Assembly: GCA_002811645.1 (NCBI GenBank)
Contig: PDIP01000020.1
Coordinates: forward strand, 177,949 to 226,796
Reading direction: 5' to 3'
DNA length: 48,848 bases
Origin: Corallochytrium limacisporum Hawaii
Lineage: Eukaryota > Protista > Pluriformea
Shown: positions 9,848 to 19,447 of the stretch, one piece after another
How positions within the stretch are numbered: position 1 is the first letter of the stretch
Layout of the letters: each line of letters begins with the position of its first letter
Notes under the pieces: model-generated
Told to the model about the DNA's origin: nothing
Seen by the model: the letters and a program-made list of their open reading frames with translations, nothing else
The model's database searches: none
Translations under genes and position numbers: made by a program

Positions 9848-10762
9848 ATGTCTGCATCCGATTTCCTAGCCTGGTGCGAACGGGCCGCCCTTGTGTCCTG
9901 CCCTGACCTATATCCTCTCGAGGGAAACCTGGCCATTCCTGCCGAGGGCTTCGGCAGCGTCGAATTCACCATTCTTTCGATACTGTCATTTTCGGGCTTC
10001 TTGACCTGCCTGACTTGCCTTTACAGGCCCATTCGCAAACAGGGAGATCCAATCGGTACAGGAGAAACTGCTATTTTTTATTCTTTTGCCATCATCTGGC
10101 TGGCCCTTGATGGTGTCGTTTACATTCGTGGCCTTGAAGAGGGCGAAGATAGTCGCTCTTATTTGATAGCCGTCCATACTGCGTTTACTTTTGCCCTGTA
10201 TGCCAGTCTTCTCATGAATGGTTTCACTCAGCTCCAGGTCATTGAGGACGGAACACCTTTGTCTCTGAGTTTACATGTTCTGCTTCCCCTCGTGCCGGCC
10301 CTCTTCATCGCGCTGGGATACACTGAGGCCACCACGGGTAACATTGGTGTGTTCGGCTTGGGGGAGGACAACATTATTATGACCCTTATTTTTGTTTATT
10401 GGGCTCCATTCTGCGTAATCATGAATTATGCTTTCAACACCTATGTTATTTTCACACAGCTGAAGCGCACAGGTCAGCCCAGTATTGTGGGATCTACTCT
10501 GGTGTTCATCTGGGCTGTGGGCTTTGCCCAGATGTGGATTTTCAAGAACGAACTGCGTGATGCTGTTGACCAGCTCGACGGTGTTACTATTTTCCGGCTT
10601 GCCGTTGTGTTGTACCTTTATGGATACTACTCATGGTGGGATTCCATCGCATATGAAGAAGGCGACGATCAGGTCGACCAGACTGGGTACTCTGGATTCG
10701 ACCCGGGCTACTACAACGCGAGCGATGGCCCTGAGTCAAACCGCGGTGGCTTTTACGCATGA
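9848..10762 (+). CDS. CHS7: Chs7-like multi-pass ER chaperone for chitin synthase export (304 aa)
   Basis: N-terminal DF..WC.....C pattern; LLMNGFTQLQVIEDGTPLS resembles the Chs7 motif LLxNGFVGFQxxEDGTxLS; LDG..F and Y..WDSI..EE near the C-terminus; about seven hydrophobic segments. Confidence 0.75.
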   Translation: MSASDFLAWCERAALVSCPDLYPLEGNLAIPAEGFGSVEFTILSILSFSGFLTCLTCLYRPIRKQGDPIGTGETAIFYSFAIIWLALDGVVYIRGLEEGEDSRSYLIAVHTAFTFALYASLLMNGFTQLQVIEDGTPLSLSLHVLLPLVPALFIALGYTEATTGNIGVFGLGEDNIIMTLIFVYWAPFCVIMNYAFNTYVIFTQLKRTGQPSIVGSTLVFIWAVGFAQMWIFKNELRDAVDQLDGVTIFRLAVVLYLYGYYSWWDSIAYEEGDDQVDQTGYSGFDPGYYNASDGPESNRGGFYA

Positions 10763-13136
10763 AGGTGTTAAGCTCACAGTAAAAAAAAACTAACAGACCA
10801 CATCGCGCATCATATCCAGTGCATCACAACCCGCACATACAACATGTCATCATCATTTTGGTTTGCCATCGAGCGCACATCTTGCGCATCACATGTCTGA
10901 TGGATTAATCACATTCACACACAAAGAACCTTTATATCAGCATCGTTCAAAGTAAAGCTCTTTCCATGTTACCGATATCTTCTATCCGCATCCGTTCCGC
11001 CAGTACTATTGCGCCCACCGCGCGCATCAAGAACGAATCAGTTGCACCAGAATAATCAGAAATACTTTCTCAGTAATAATTCGTAAAAAATGGGAAATGG
11101 GAAACCTAAAACCAGAAATGGATTGGATTATAAAGTGGCATATTATAATAATTAATGATTTAAAAAATATTAGATTAAATTTCAAATTGTCAATCAAAAT
11201 CCTGCACGTACATTTGGTATGCAACGCCTCTGCATGACGCCCCTCCACAACCGCTCCATCGCCATTTTTGGACATTTGGTGCATGGCAGAAAATTTTGCT
11301 GGTTCGCAACTTTACCATTACACCACCGTCACTTCCAGGGATGTGATTATAGTTAGTGAACATCTAGCAGATACACCTGACAGGCAATGACATCTTCACA
11401 TCACCCCGATGTCAAGAAATACTCGTAGAATTGTGATATGGGGTTGCATCGGCATCCCCGAATACACAACGCATGGCCAGTTGAGAAAAAGGCCTCTTGA
11501 GCTGTGTGCCGGTTCTAGGTGATTAATATTGTTCGGAATGTACTAGTGTTGTGCTGTGTTGCAAGCTTGACACAAAGAGCAATGTCGAGGAGTATCGGCG
11601 TGGCGACAATGTCTTGCCATCCCGCATTGCGGTACGTCGATGGCTCATCGCACTGCTCTTCAGTACTTTCAAAAATACTGATACGCGAGAATATGTTAGC
11701 TGTACCATGTTTTAATCAATAACATACATGCTGTTGTGTGAGTAGTTCCCCTAAGGAGTGGTATGGTCTCATCCACTTTTTGAAATCTGAGGCTCATGCA
11801 TTTTGTCTGTTCCGAGCCAAACCTTCCACCGGAGTCCCCACCGATACAGGTACCACGTATTTATGTGTGTATCGACCCTGCATCAGAGGACACAACGGGA
11901 CCGTATAGTAAGACAATTGTGTATTGATCAAACAAGTTGACCGTCGACAAATGCTCCAGGAGGAGACAAAAGGGTAGGAAAAGAAAACTGCTGAGTAATT
12001 GTGAACGCAGGCTAAGCGCAATCTGAAAGACGTAAACACACGCCGTCCGTGGGCAGTGTGCACTATTTCAGTTCTTCCATGCCATTCCATGTAGAATACG
12101 ACGCGGCGGCAAAAGTCTGATACGGTTAGGCCCTGAGGAATCGTCGAAAAAAAACATGATGTTTAGAGTGTTGAGCCTCTGCGCGAATTGACATTAGAAA
12201 CGCTGGCTATGTAGTACCCGAATTCATCAGCACATTCTGCAACCCATGTGTGTTTGCAGGCTGTATGTGAAGCAAGTCTCTGCAGCACTCCCAATGAACG
12301 AACAACTATATAGATTGTGTAGGGGTACTCCAGACGACCATCCCATGAACAAAAGTTAATTGAAGGAGGTCCACCATGGACGCCAATGGGTGGAGATTCG
12401 CCCGGGGACACATGGGGGTAGAATTCGTTGGTGATCCATCACAGAATTTCATGGTCTTTGACGTAAGACCAACATTCAAAAATGCACGCGGCAATGGAGG
12501 CCAGACGGGGAGAGGAACCGGAGAGGAAGGTGACGGAGGAGGAAGGTTCAAACTACGGAATAGACATACCCGCCTGTCGGATCCTAATTTGGGTAGGAGA
12601 GAACAAATTTCCTGCAGCATACCTCGCCTCTCTCAAGGTGAGCTTTACTTTCCCGACTGAATCTAACCCGTGCCCTTCCTTGAAATGGGAACCCAGTCGG
12701 TTTTGCGCAGCAAACAGAAGGGGATGTTCCTTCTTGCGGCCCCCGTTTTCGATCTAGTCAATATGCTGAAGCATCGCTGTGCGCTGGATACCCTAAGGGT
12801 ATATCGATCACACGCGGCCGGACACTGTTTCCGATGTACAGAAGCTGGACTGGTTTTTCTGCCAAATGCATGTCAAAAACAAATGGAAGGTTGCTCCGGC
12901 CGTGGACCGTCGGATGTGAATGGAGCGCAGGTTCCTTGGGGCGGGTTCAGAGTGGCCGGGGTTCACTTTCTTCGAACACCCTCGTCCCGGGAGGCCCCTC
13001 GCCCCGGGGAAGGGGGGGGAAGAAGATTGAGAAAGGTTTGAACATTTCTTCGCTCGCCGCCCTGCAGACACCTTCTGTGGGGCATTCGACAGTTATTGAC
13101 TCTGCTGGCAAGGGATCGCCTTGCTGTTTGTTCTTG

Positions 13137-13264
13137 GTATGCACAAACGTATTATTGTACTTGCTCGATAAAGGGAACCTGAAGTGGGCCGGATGGACAA
13201 GGAGTCAACTCAAACCCGTGACCTTTGTCATTCTATTTTGAATGACTAAATAGGACTAATACAG
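13137..13264 (+). other. Candidate 5'-UTR intron of the TBC gene
   Basis: G|GTATGC donor at 13137; GACTAAT branch point at 13254-13260 directly followed by ACAG; lies 61 nt before the ATG. Confidence 0.45.
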
Positions 13265-13325
13265 CTACCTCAAGCGGCCATGTTGAAGACCTCCATACCC
13301 CCTGCACAGTGAACTTACCTGACTA

Positions 13326-14963
13326 ATGCCTTCACTTTGGACCAAGAAAGAATCCGAAGAAACCGCCATGGCAAAGAAAAACGAAATACAGGCTGAGGAG
13401 ACGGCCATGGAGCAGCCCATCGAGGAGCAGCCACTGGAGGATGAGCCTCTCGATGGCGAGGACTTCGATGGTGAGCAGACTGAGGAAGGAAAGCCGAAGA
13501 AGTCCCGTTCTCTGTCCAAGATTTTCAAGAAGAAGGAGCTACCGGAAGCCAAGCAGCGCATCGCTGACCTGGAAGCCAAGCAGAAAGCGAAGGAGCACGA
13601 GCGAATGAAGGAGTACGGATTTGCTGGTGCCCCCGAGTCTCGCGAAGAGGCTGCCGCCATGGCCAGTGTGAAAGTCTACAAGGCAATCAGCGCAACAAGC
13701 CTGGAGAATGGCAATGCTGGAAGTCCCTTGGGAACTTATAGGGACGGTGCTTTGGACACTGGTCCTTCTCGGGAGGAGCTGACCGCTATGGTCGACTCTA
13801 CGTACACTACTCCCATTGCCGTCACTCACCATGTGAATGATCGGCACTCTGCAGGCAGTGTTGTAACCTACTTTGATACCGATGAATTCGGCTTTGTGCG
13901 CCACAACGATGAGACCTGGCAGCAACACCTGGACCTTAAAGACAAGCCTCTTAGCGACCAGCAGAAGGAGGCCTACGAGAAGGTTCTCGCAACTTTCCGC
14001 CTCAACTATGTCGATGCCGACGGAAGCATCAAGCAGCTGCCCGAGAACGTCGACCCCACCAAAACATCGGATCTGAAAAACATGTGCAATGTTGGTCTGC
14101 CCAAGGAATACCGGGCTGGCGCATGGTTTGAGCTGAGCGGTGGTCGCCTTTTGATGCAAAAGAATCCTGGACAGTTTATGGAGTTGTGCAACGACTGGGA
14201 CGACAATGCTGATAGTATGGAACGGGACGCTCTAGAATCCATGATGCGCACTACTTTCACCAACAACACTCACTTCCGAATGCGTATGGACCCTGAAACC
14301 GAGGATCGCTCTTTCAAAGAGGACAGTATGCGTCTGGGACGCATTATGGCCGCTCTTTCTCGCTATGACGAGAACATAAAGTTGCCACTGCAGAATGACC
14401 TCAACCAGGTCGCCGCCTTGCTTCTACTGGTTATAAAGGATGAGGAGAAGAGTTTCTGGACTCTCACTGCTTTGGTAAGCCACCGATTCAAACGGTTTTA
14501 CGGTCCCAATAGAAACTCTGAATTTGCAGCCGTCGCCGAAAGCATTCGCGGTCTGGCCGGGCCTCGCGTCAGTGAGTTGAAGTCCGTGCTCAACCGCTTG
14601 ACCTTTGTAGAAACGGTGACCACTCAGTTTCCGTCCCTGTTTGTGTCCTCTGGCCTACCTCTGTATACTCTGCTGCGCCTATGGGACCAAGTGATTTGTC
14701 GTGGGGAAAAGGCCCTTGTGCGCTCGATAGTCGTCTTGTGTCGCATTGCCAAGGATGACCTACTGGTGCGTCCTGAACAAACCCACCTGCTTCTACTGTC
14801 TGCATGCATGCGTGCAGTTGACCCTCACACTTTTGCTGAGGAAGTCTATACCATTAAGTTCCGCAGCAAGAACTTCGAACAAGGAGTGCGTAAGGCCATG
14901 CAGAACCTCGGCATTAGCCACCACCCAACGCCCAACGGAGCACCCAATGTCCAGGCGGCCTAG
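13326..14963 (+). CDS. TBC/RabGAP-fold protein with degenerate catalytic motifs and an acidic, charged N-terminus (545 aa)
   Basis: DEFGF upstream of the domain; LKNMCNVGLPKEYRAGAWFELSGG; LNQVAALLLLV..DEEKSFWTL; SLFVSSGLPLYTLLRLWD. Confidence 0.85.
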   Translation: MPSLWTKKESEETAMAKKNEIQAEETAMEQPIEEQPLEDEPLDGEDFDGEQTEEGKPKKSRSLSKIFKKKELPEAKQRIADLEAKQKAKEHERMKEYGFAGAPESREEAAAMASVKVYKAISATSLENGNAGSPLGTYRDGALDTGPSREELTAMVDSTYTTPIAVTHHVNDRHSAGSVVTYFDTDEFGFVRHNDETWQQHLDLKDKPLSDQQKEAYEKVLATFRLNYVDADGSIKQLPENVDPTKTSDLKNMCNVGLPKEYRAGAWFELSGGRLLMQKNPGQFMELCNDWDDNADSMERDALESMMRTTFTNNTHFRMRMDPETEDRSFKEDSMRLGRIMAALSRYDENIKLPLQNDLNQVAALLLLVIKDEEKSFWTLTALVSHRFKRFYGPNRNSEFAAVAESIRGLAGPRVSELKSVLNRLTFVETVTTQFPSLFVSSGLPLYTLLRLWDQVICRGEKALVRSIVVLCRIAKDDLLVRPEQTHLLLLSACMRAVDPHTFAEEVYTIKFRSKNFEQGVRKAMQNLGISHHPTPNGAPNVQAA

Positions 14964-15269
14964 TTCAAGATATTTTCAAAGCTCAATACCCCAGATCTGA
15001 GGCCTTCAAATGGGCATCCGTCCTAACGCCGATGCCCAAGCAGCACACGCATTTTACATATTTCGTCCTTTCATATTACATGTATATAGTGCCCCTAACA
15101 AAAATGATTCAAAACTGGAATTTAAACATATATATCAGAATGGATTTCTGGGGACGTTCTACCACAGAGTGGATGTATAGAAATGCAATTTTAGTATAGA
15201 ACTTGCGAGCTGAGAACACAAGCAGAACATGCGATGGCATACGGACGTCCATGACGTGTGTTTGCGTCT

Positions 15270-17405
15270 TTAGTCGACCTCCTCCATCTGGCTGGTCTCA
15301 ACAGCGTCCTCCAAGGGGGGCATCTCAGTGGATTCCTCAACAGCGGCCTCCGGCTCGTCCTCATCGATGGACAGGCCAAGCTTGATCATTCGGTGGATGC
15401 GACCAGAGAATTGGGCAGGGTCATCCAAGCTGAAGCCAGAGCTCAACAGAGAGGTGTCGTAAAGAAGGTAAATCAGATCCTTAACAGTGTGATCGTTCTT
15501 GTCTGCATCAGTACGCTCCTTCAGAGTCTTGATGATACTGTTGTCAGGGTTGATCTCCATGGTCTTTTTGGAAGCCATGTACGAGGCCATGGTGTTGTCA
15601 CGCAACGCCTGGGCCTTCATGATGCGCTCCATGTTGGCCGACCAGCCAAATTGGCCAGTGACCAACACACATGGGGAGTTGACAATGCGATTCGATACAA
15701 CAACCTTCTCGACCTTCTCGCCCAAAATATCTTTCATGACCTTGCACAGACCTTCGAACTGAGCCTTCTGTTCCTCCATTTTCTTCTTCTCTTCCTCGTC
15801 CTCTCCAAGGTCCAGACCCTCCTTAGTCACTGAGACCAGCTTCTTGCCATCGTACTCCTTGAGCTGCTGCACCGCATACTCATCGATTGGATCAGTCATG
15901 TAAATCACTTCGAAACCCTTGGCTTTAACCTTTTCAACGAAGGGAGAGTTTTTCACCTGGTCCTTGGTCTCGCCAGTGATAAAGTAGATGTGTTGCTGCT
16001 TCTCGGGCATACGGGTGACATAGTCCTTCAGGGAAGTGTACTCCTCGCCAGATTTGGAGGTGTGGTACCGCAGAAGCTCGGCAATCTTGTTGCGATTGGT
16101 GGAGTCTTCATGAATACCTAGCTTGAGGTTCTTAGCGAACTGCTCGTAGAAAGTCTTGTACTGATCAGCATCCTCAGAGATCTCATTGAAGAGTTCCAGG
16201 CATTTCTTGACCAGGTTCTTGCGAATCACCTTCAGGATCTTGGATTGCTGCAGCATTTCACGAGAAATATTGAGGGGCAGATCCTCAGAGTCGACAACTC
16301 CCTTAATAAAGTTAAGCCACTCGGGGATCAGGTCCTCGCAGTTGTCCATGATGAAGACACGGCGGACGTACAGTTTGATGTTGTTGGCCTTTTTCTTGCC
16401 TTCGAACATGTCAAAGGGTGCGCGCTTAGGGACGAACAACAAGGCACGGAACTCCAGTTGACCCTCAACGGAGAAATGCTTGACGGCCAGGTGCTCTTCC
16501 CAGTCGTTGGAAATGGTCTTGTAGAATTGAGCGTACTCCTCGTTCGTGATCTCGTCGGGGTTGCGGGTCCAGAGAGGCTTGGTCTTGTTCAACTCCTCGT
16601 AGTCGGTGTACTTCTCAGTCACCTTCTTCTTCTCCTTCTTGTCCTCATCCTCCTCGACTTCCTCAATTTTAACTTCGTCCTCCTTCTTCTCCTCGTCCTT
16701 TGTCTCTTCCTCTTCTTCAACCTCCTTCTCGCGCTCCTTCTCGAGCACAAGAGAGATCGGATATCCAATGAATTGACTATGCTTCTTCACAATATCCTTG
16801 ATGGACTTTTCTTCAAGGTACTCGAGCTGATCCTCCTTCATGTGCAATATGATAGCAGTACCCCGCTGGAAGTTGGGGTCATCTTCCAGCATGGTGACAG
16901 AGAAGGAGCCGCCAGCAGCGGATTCCCACATGTAGCGTTCATCATCATTGTTCTTGGTGATGACCTGCACCTTGTCAGCGACAAGGTAGGCGGAGTAGAA
17001 TCCGACACCGAATTGACCAATCATGGAGATATCGGCCCCGGCGCTCAGAGCCTCCATGAATCCCTTAGTGCCAGACTTGGCAATGGTACCCAGGTTGTTC
17101 ACGAGGTCGGCCTTGGTCATGCCAATGCCCGTGTCGCGGATGGTCAGAGTTTTGTTCTCCTTATCGGGGATAAGATGGATGAACAACTCCTTGCCAGAGT
17201 CCAGGACGGACGGATTGGTCAAGGATTCGTAGCGAATCTTATCCAGGGCATCGGAGGCGTTGGAAATCAACTCGCGGAGAAAAATTTCCTTGTTGGAGTA
17301 GAAAGTGTTGATGATAAGGGACATCAACTGGGCAATCTCAGCCTGGAATGCGAATTCCTCAGCTGCGCCCTCAGCCTTAATGTTTCCGGTTTCATTGGCT
17401 GCCAT
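15270..17405 (-). CDS. HSP90: Cytosolic heat shock protein 90
   Basis: [82 protein letters not shown]-terminal MEEVD. Confidence 0.99.
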   Translation of the reverse strand: MAANETGNIKAEGAAEEFAFQAEIAQLMSLIINTFYSNKEIFLRELISNASDALDKIRYESLTNPSVLDSGKELFIHLIPDKENKTLTIRDTGIGMTKADLVNNLGTIAKSGTKGFMEALSAGADISMIGQFGVGFYSAYLVADKVQVITKNNDDERYMWESAAGGSFSVTMLEDDPNFQRGTAIILHMKEDQLEYLEEKSIKDIVKKHSQFIGYPISLVLEKEREKEVEEEEETKDEEKKEDEVKIEEVEEDEDKKEKKKVTEKYTDYEELNKTKPLWTRNPDEITNEEYAQFYKTISNDWEEHLAVKHFSVEGQLEFRALLFVPKRAPFDMFEGKKKANNIKLYVRRVFIMDNCEDLIPEWLNFIKGVVDSEDLPLNISREMLQQSKILKVIRKNLVKKCLELFNEISEDADQYKTFYEQFAKNLKLGIHEDSTNRNKIAELLRYHTSKSGEEYTSLKDYVTRMPEKQQHIYFITGETKDQVKNSPFVEKVKAKGFEVIYMTDPIDEYAVQQLKEYDGKKLVSVTKEGLDLGEDEEEKKKMEEQKAQFEGLCKVMKDILGEKVEKVVVSNRIVNSPCVLVTGQFGWSANMERIMKAQALRDNTMASYMASKKTMEINPDNSIIKTLKERTDADKNDHTVKDLIYLLYDTSLLSSGFSLDDPAQFSGRIHRMIKLGLSIDEDEPEAAVEESTEMPPLEDAVETSQMEEVD

Positions 17406-17604
17406 TGTGGCTAGTTATGTCTGTGACACGTTGATTGCTAAATACCAACCGTTAACCATCGGGAGGTACACTCCTCACACCAACGTCCTATATGCCTTAA
17501 ATAGCTGCACACAAAAAGCCGCAACTGTTCCATTGTACGCCGTCCTGAACATTTTTTAATTTAATTTTGTCTGCGAGAGCTTCTCTCAACTGATTTGAAC
17601 TGTT

Positions 17605-18043
17605 CTGATAACAGGGTCCGTCGTTAGTGCGCGAAACCAAAAACAAACAGCGTTTCTTGAGACTCCCGCCTCTCCCTGCAGACGCATGCGGGGTAGGTCT
17701 CCAGCCACTTTCTTGCTGCGTGTGGCGGCGCCACTACGCCGCACCAGGGGGGAGGGCCACTCGTTCTCCTCCGTGGAACATTTGTTTCAATGAAGTGAGA
17801 GGGGCCATTGTGTTCGCGAAAAATCAGGTGGCCGCAGCGAGGCTCGCCTTCCCAGAGGTAACACCAGCCCCCACGCAACGATAGCTTCATCACCATTCGT
17901 GAATCCGCACGCGTTAGAAGGCAAGTGTAATACAGATTCGCGAATGTTTCTTGTTGGTGGGTGGTGCATGTTCTATTCGGTGCTCTACACTTTTTCCTGT
18001 TCAATTATGGAGCGAACGGGCTGTGGATGTTTGGTACACATAC
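17605..18043 (-). other. Candidate spliceosomal intron in the HSP90 5' UTR
   Basis: On the minus strand: G|GTATGT donor at 18043, branch point ACTAAC at 17628-17623, TATCAG acceptor ending at 17605. Confidence 0.45.
17936..17950. promoter_or_regulatory. Second heat shock element-like site, inside the candidate HSP90 leader intron
   Basis: aTTCg cGAAt gTTTc. Confidence 0.4.
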
Positions 18044-18260
18044 CAAAAAAGTTTTCCGACTAGTTTTCTGTTCGTTCTGGCATCGGGAAGGAAATGCAAA
18101 GGCCCATGGGACGGACGCTCGGGGAAAGCCGTTACCGGAGACCCACACCACATGGGTACGGGAGAAGAATCAGAAGGAAAGCCTTGGAAAGTCGGAAAGA
18201 AGGCACTCTATTGGGAATGTGTGCGACAGGTGGTTGGTTGGCGGAAAGGACACCCCAAAA

Positions 18261-18275
18261 GTTCCGGAACATTTT
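18261..18275. promoter_or_regulatory. Heat shock element-like site upstream of HSP90
   Basis: gTTCc gGAAc aTTTt: two perfect and one mismatched inverted nGAAn unit. Confidence 0.5.
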
Positions 18276-18962
18276 CTGCGCGACTGCACGTCCCAGGACT
18301 TGGTTTTCTTTGGGCAAGAGACGCCGGTATTGCGCGAGGTACGGGAAGGTAACACCGGGCACCGGCAGCAGAAATTGTCCCCACGTCCTCGCTCTCCTGC
18401 AACGCAGTGTAGGATTCCAGCTTAATCCAATTAACTAAAATATAAGGGGATCATTTAGATAACAACAAAGGAGATTAATTTGTTTGAATAAGAGGGTCAT
18501 TTATTGGTGGTCTGCACCACCTGTTTGCTTAAAGCTGAGCCTTCACCCTTTGATGCTTCTACCTTTCGCCACACAAAGTGGCCATTATTTCAGTACGTGA
18601 GTGCGTGCAAATAAACATAAGCGTGCTTCGAAAAAAATTAGTGGCAACTCTTCTGTACACCTTTCTGTTGTGGTTTAGTCGTTTGGATTTTGGTTGGATA
18701 CAGGTCTATGTGCAGTTGGATCGTCTCCACTCGGCCGCAAAGCGCGCCCCTTTCGGCCGCGGGTATCCAACAAGTGTTATCAAATCCCTCATGAATTAGA
18801 AACGGGCACGGGCGGTGACTGCGCAGAAATAGTAAATAGTGGCTTGTGATATTCCCCCATACTTACATGGTACTTTAAACAACACCTGTGGTCACCCTTA
18901 GAAACTTACAGCACTTTGCCTGTGTATTGTTGTGACCACTGAATTCAGTAGGACAAGGCATC

Positions 18963-19304
18963 ATGTGGCGCAATCTCATTGCACCGTCGGCGCGTTCAAA
19001 CTTCCTCAGGCCTACTGTCCGGGCTCAAAGTAAGCGTTGGGGTTCCAGTGTAGACAAGCCAGCCGAGGGCAAGCTTCTTCCCAATGGATCGGAGGCACCC
19101 AATGGTTTCTTGTTTGGTGAGCCTCCTGGTCCCCGCAAGTGGGAAACTTGGGAGTACATCTGGTATGTTGGATTCTATGGCAGCATTGTGTACGGAATAA
19201 TTGCATACAATTTTCGTCCCGATACCTCTTTGAAGGCGTGGGCACATGAGGAAGCAATGAGACGTATTGAAGAAGAGGACCGTAAGATGGGAATTTCGAG
19301 TTAG
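18963..19304 (+). CDS. NDUFB11: Mitochondrial complex I accessory subunit NDUFB11/ESSS (113 aa)
   Basis: Arg/Ser-rich presequence; PNGFLFGEPP..RKWETWE..WY; one transmembrane helix; RPDTSLKAWAHEEAMRR. Confidence 0.88.
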   Translation: MWRNLIAPSARSNFLRPTVRAQSKRWGSSVDKPAEGKLLPNGSEAPNGFLFGEPPGPRKWETWEYIWYVGFYGSIVYGIIAYNFRPDTSLKAWAHEEAMRRIEEEDRKMGISS

Positions 19305-19447
19305 ACTGATCAGCAAATAAAAAGTGCATTAGGTCACTAGTGGAACCAAATACATTTTGCAAACGAAGCAATGGTATTTTGTGTTCTGAGCAGGACAAAA
19401 AAAACTCAACAGACCATGCTATAGTAAGATATTCTATTAATTGTGGT

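Noticed and set aside
9310-9906. 198-aa ORF overlapping the CHS7 start
   Set aside because: Non-ATG start in the track, no motifs, overlaps a well-supported gene in another frame.
12363-12660. Perfect Shine-Dalgarno AAGGAGGT 5 nt before the ATG of a 94-aa ORF
   Set aside because: Eukaryotic context, unrecognisable low-complexity product and no other bacterial features; probably chance.
15258-17414. Long antisense ORFs (191 aa and 389 aa) over HSP90
   Set aside because: Expected by-product of strong codon bias (avoidance of TTA, CTA, TCA) in a highly expressed gene; no recognisable product.
18859-18870. ATACTTACATGG resembling the U1 snRNA 5' end
   Set aside because: Mismatch in the invariant ACTTACCTG; no U1-70K or U1A loops and no Sm site downstream.
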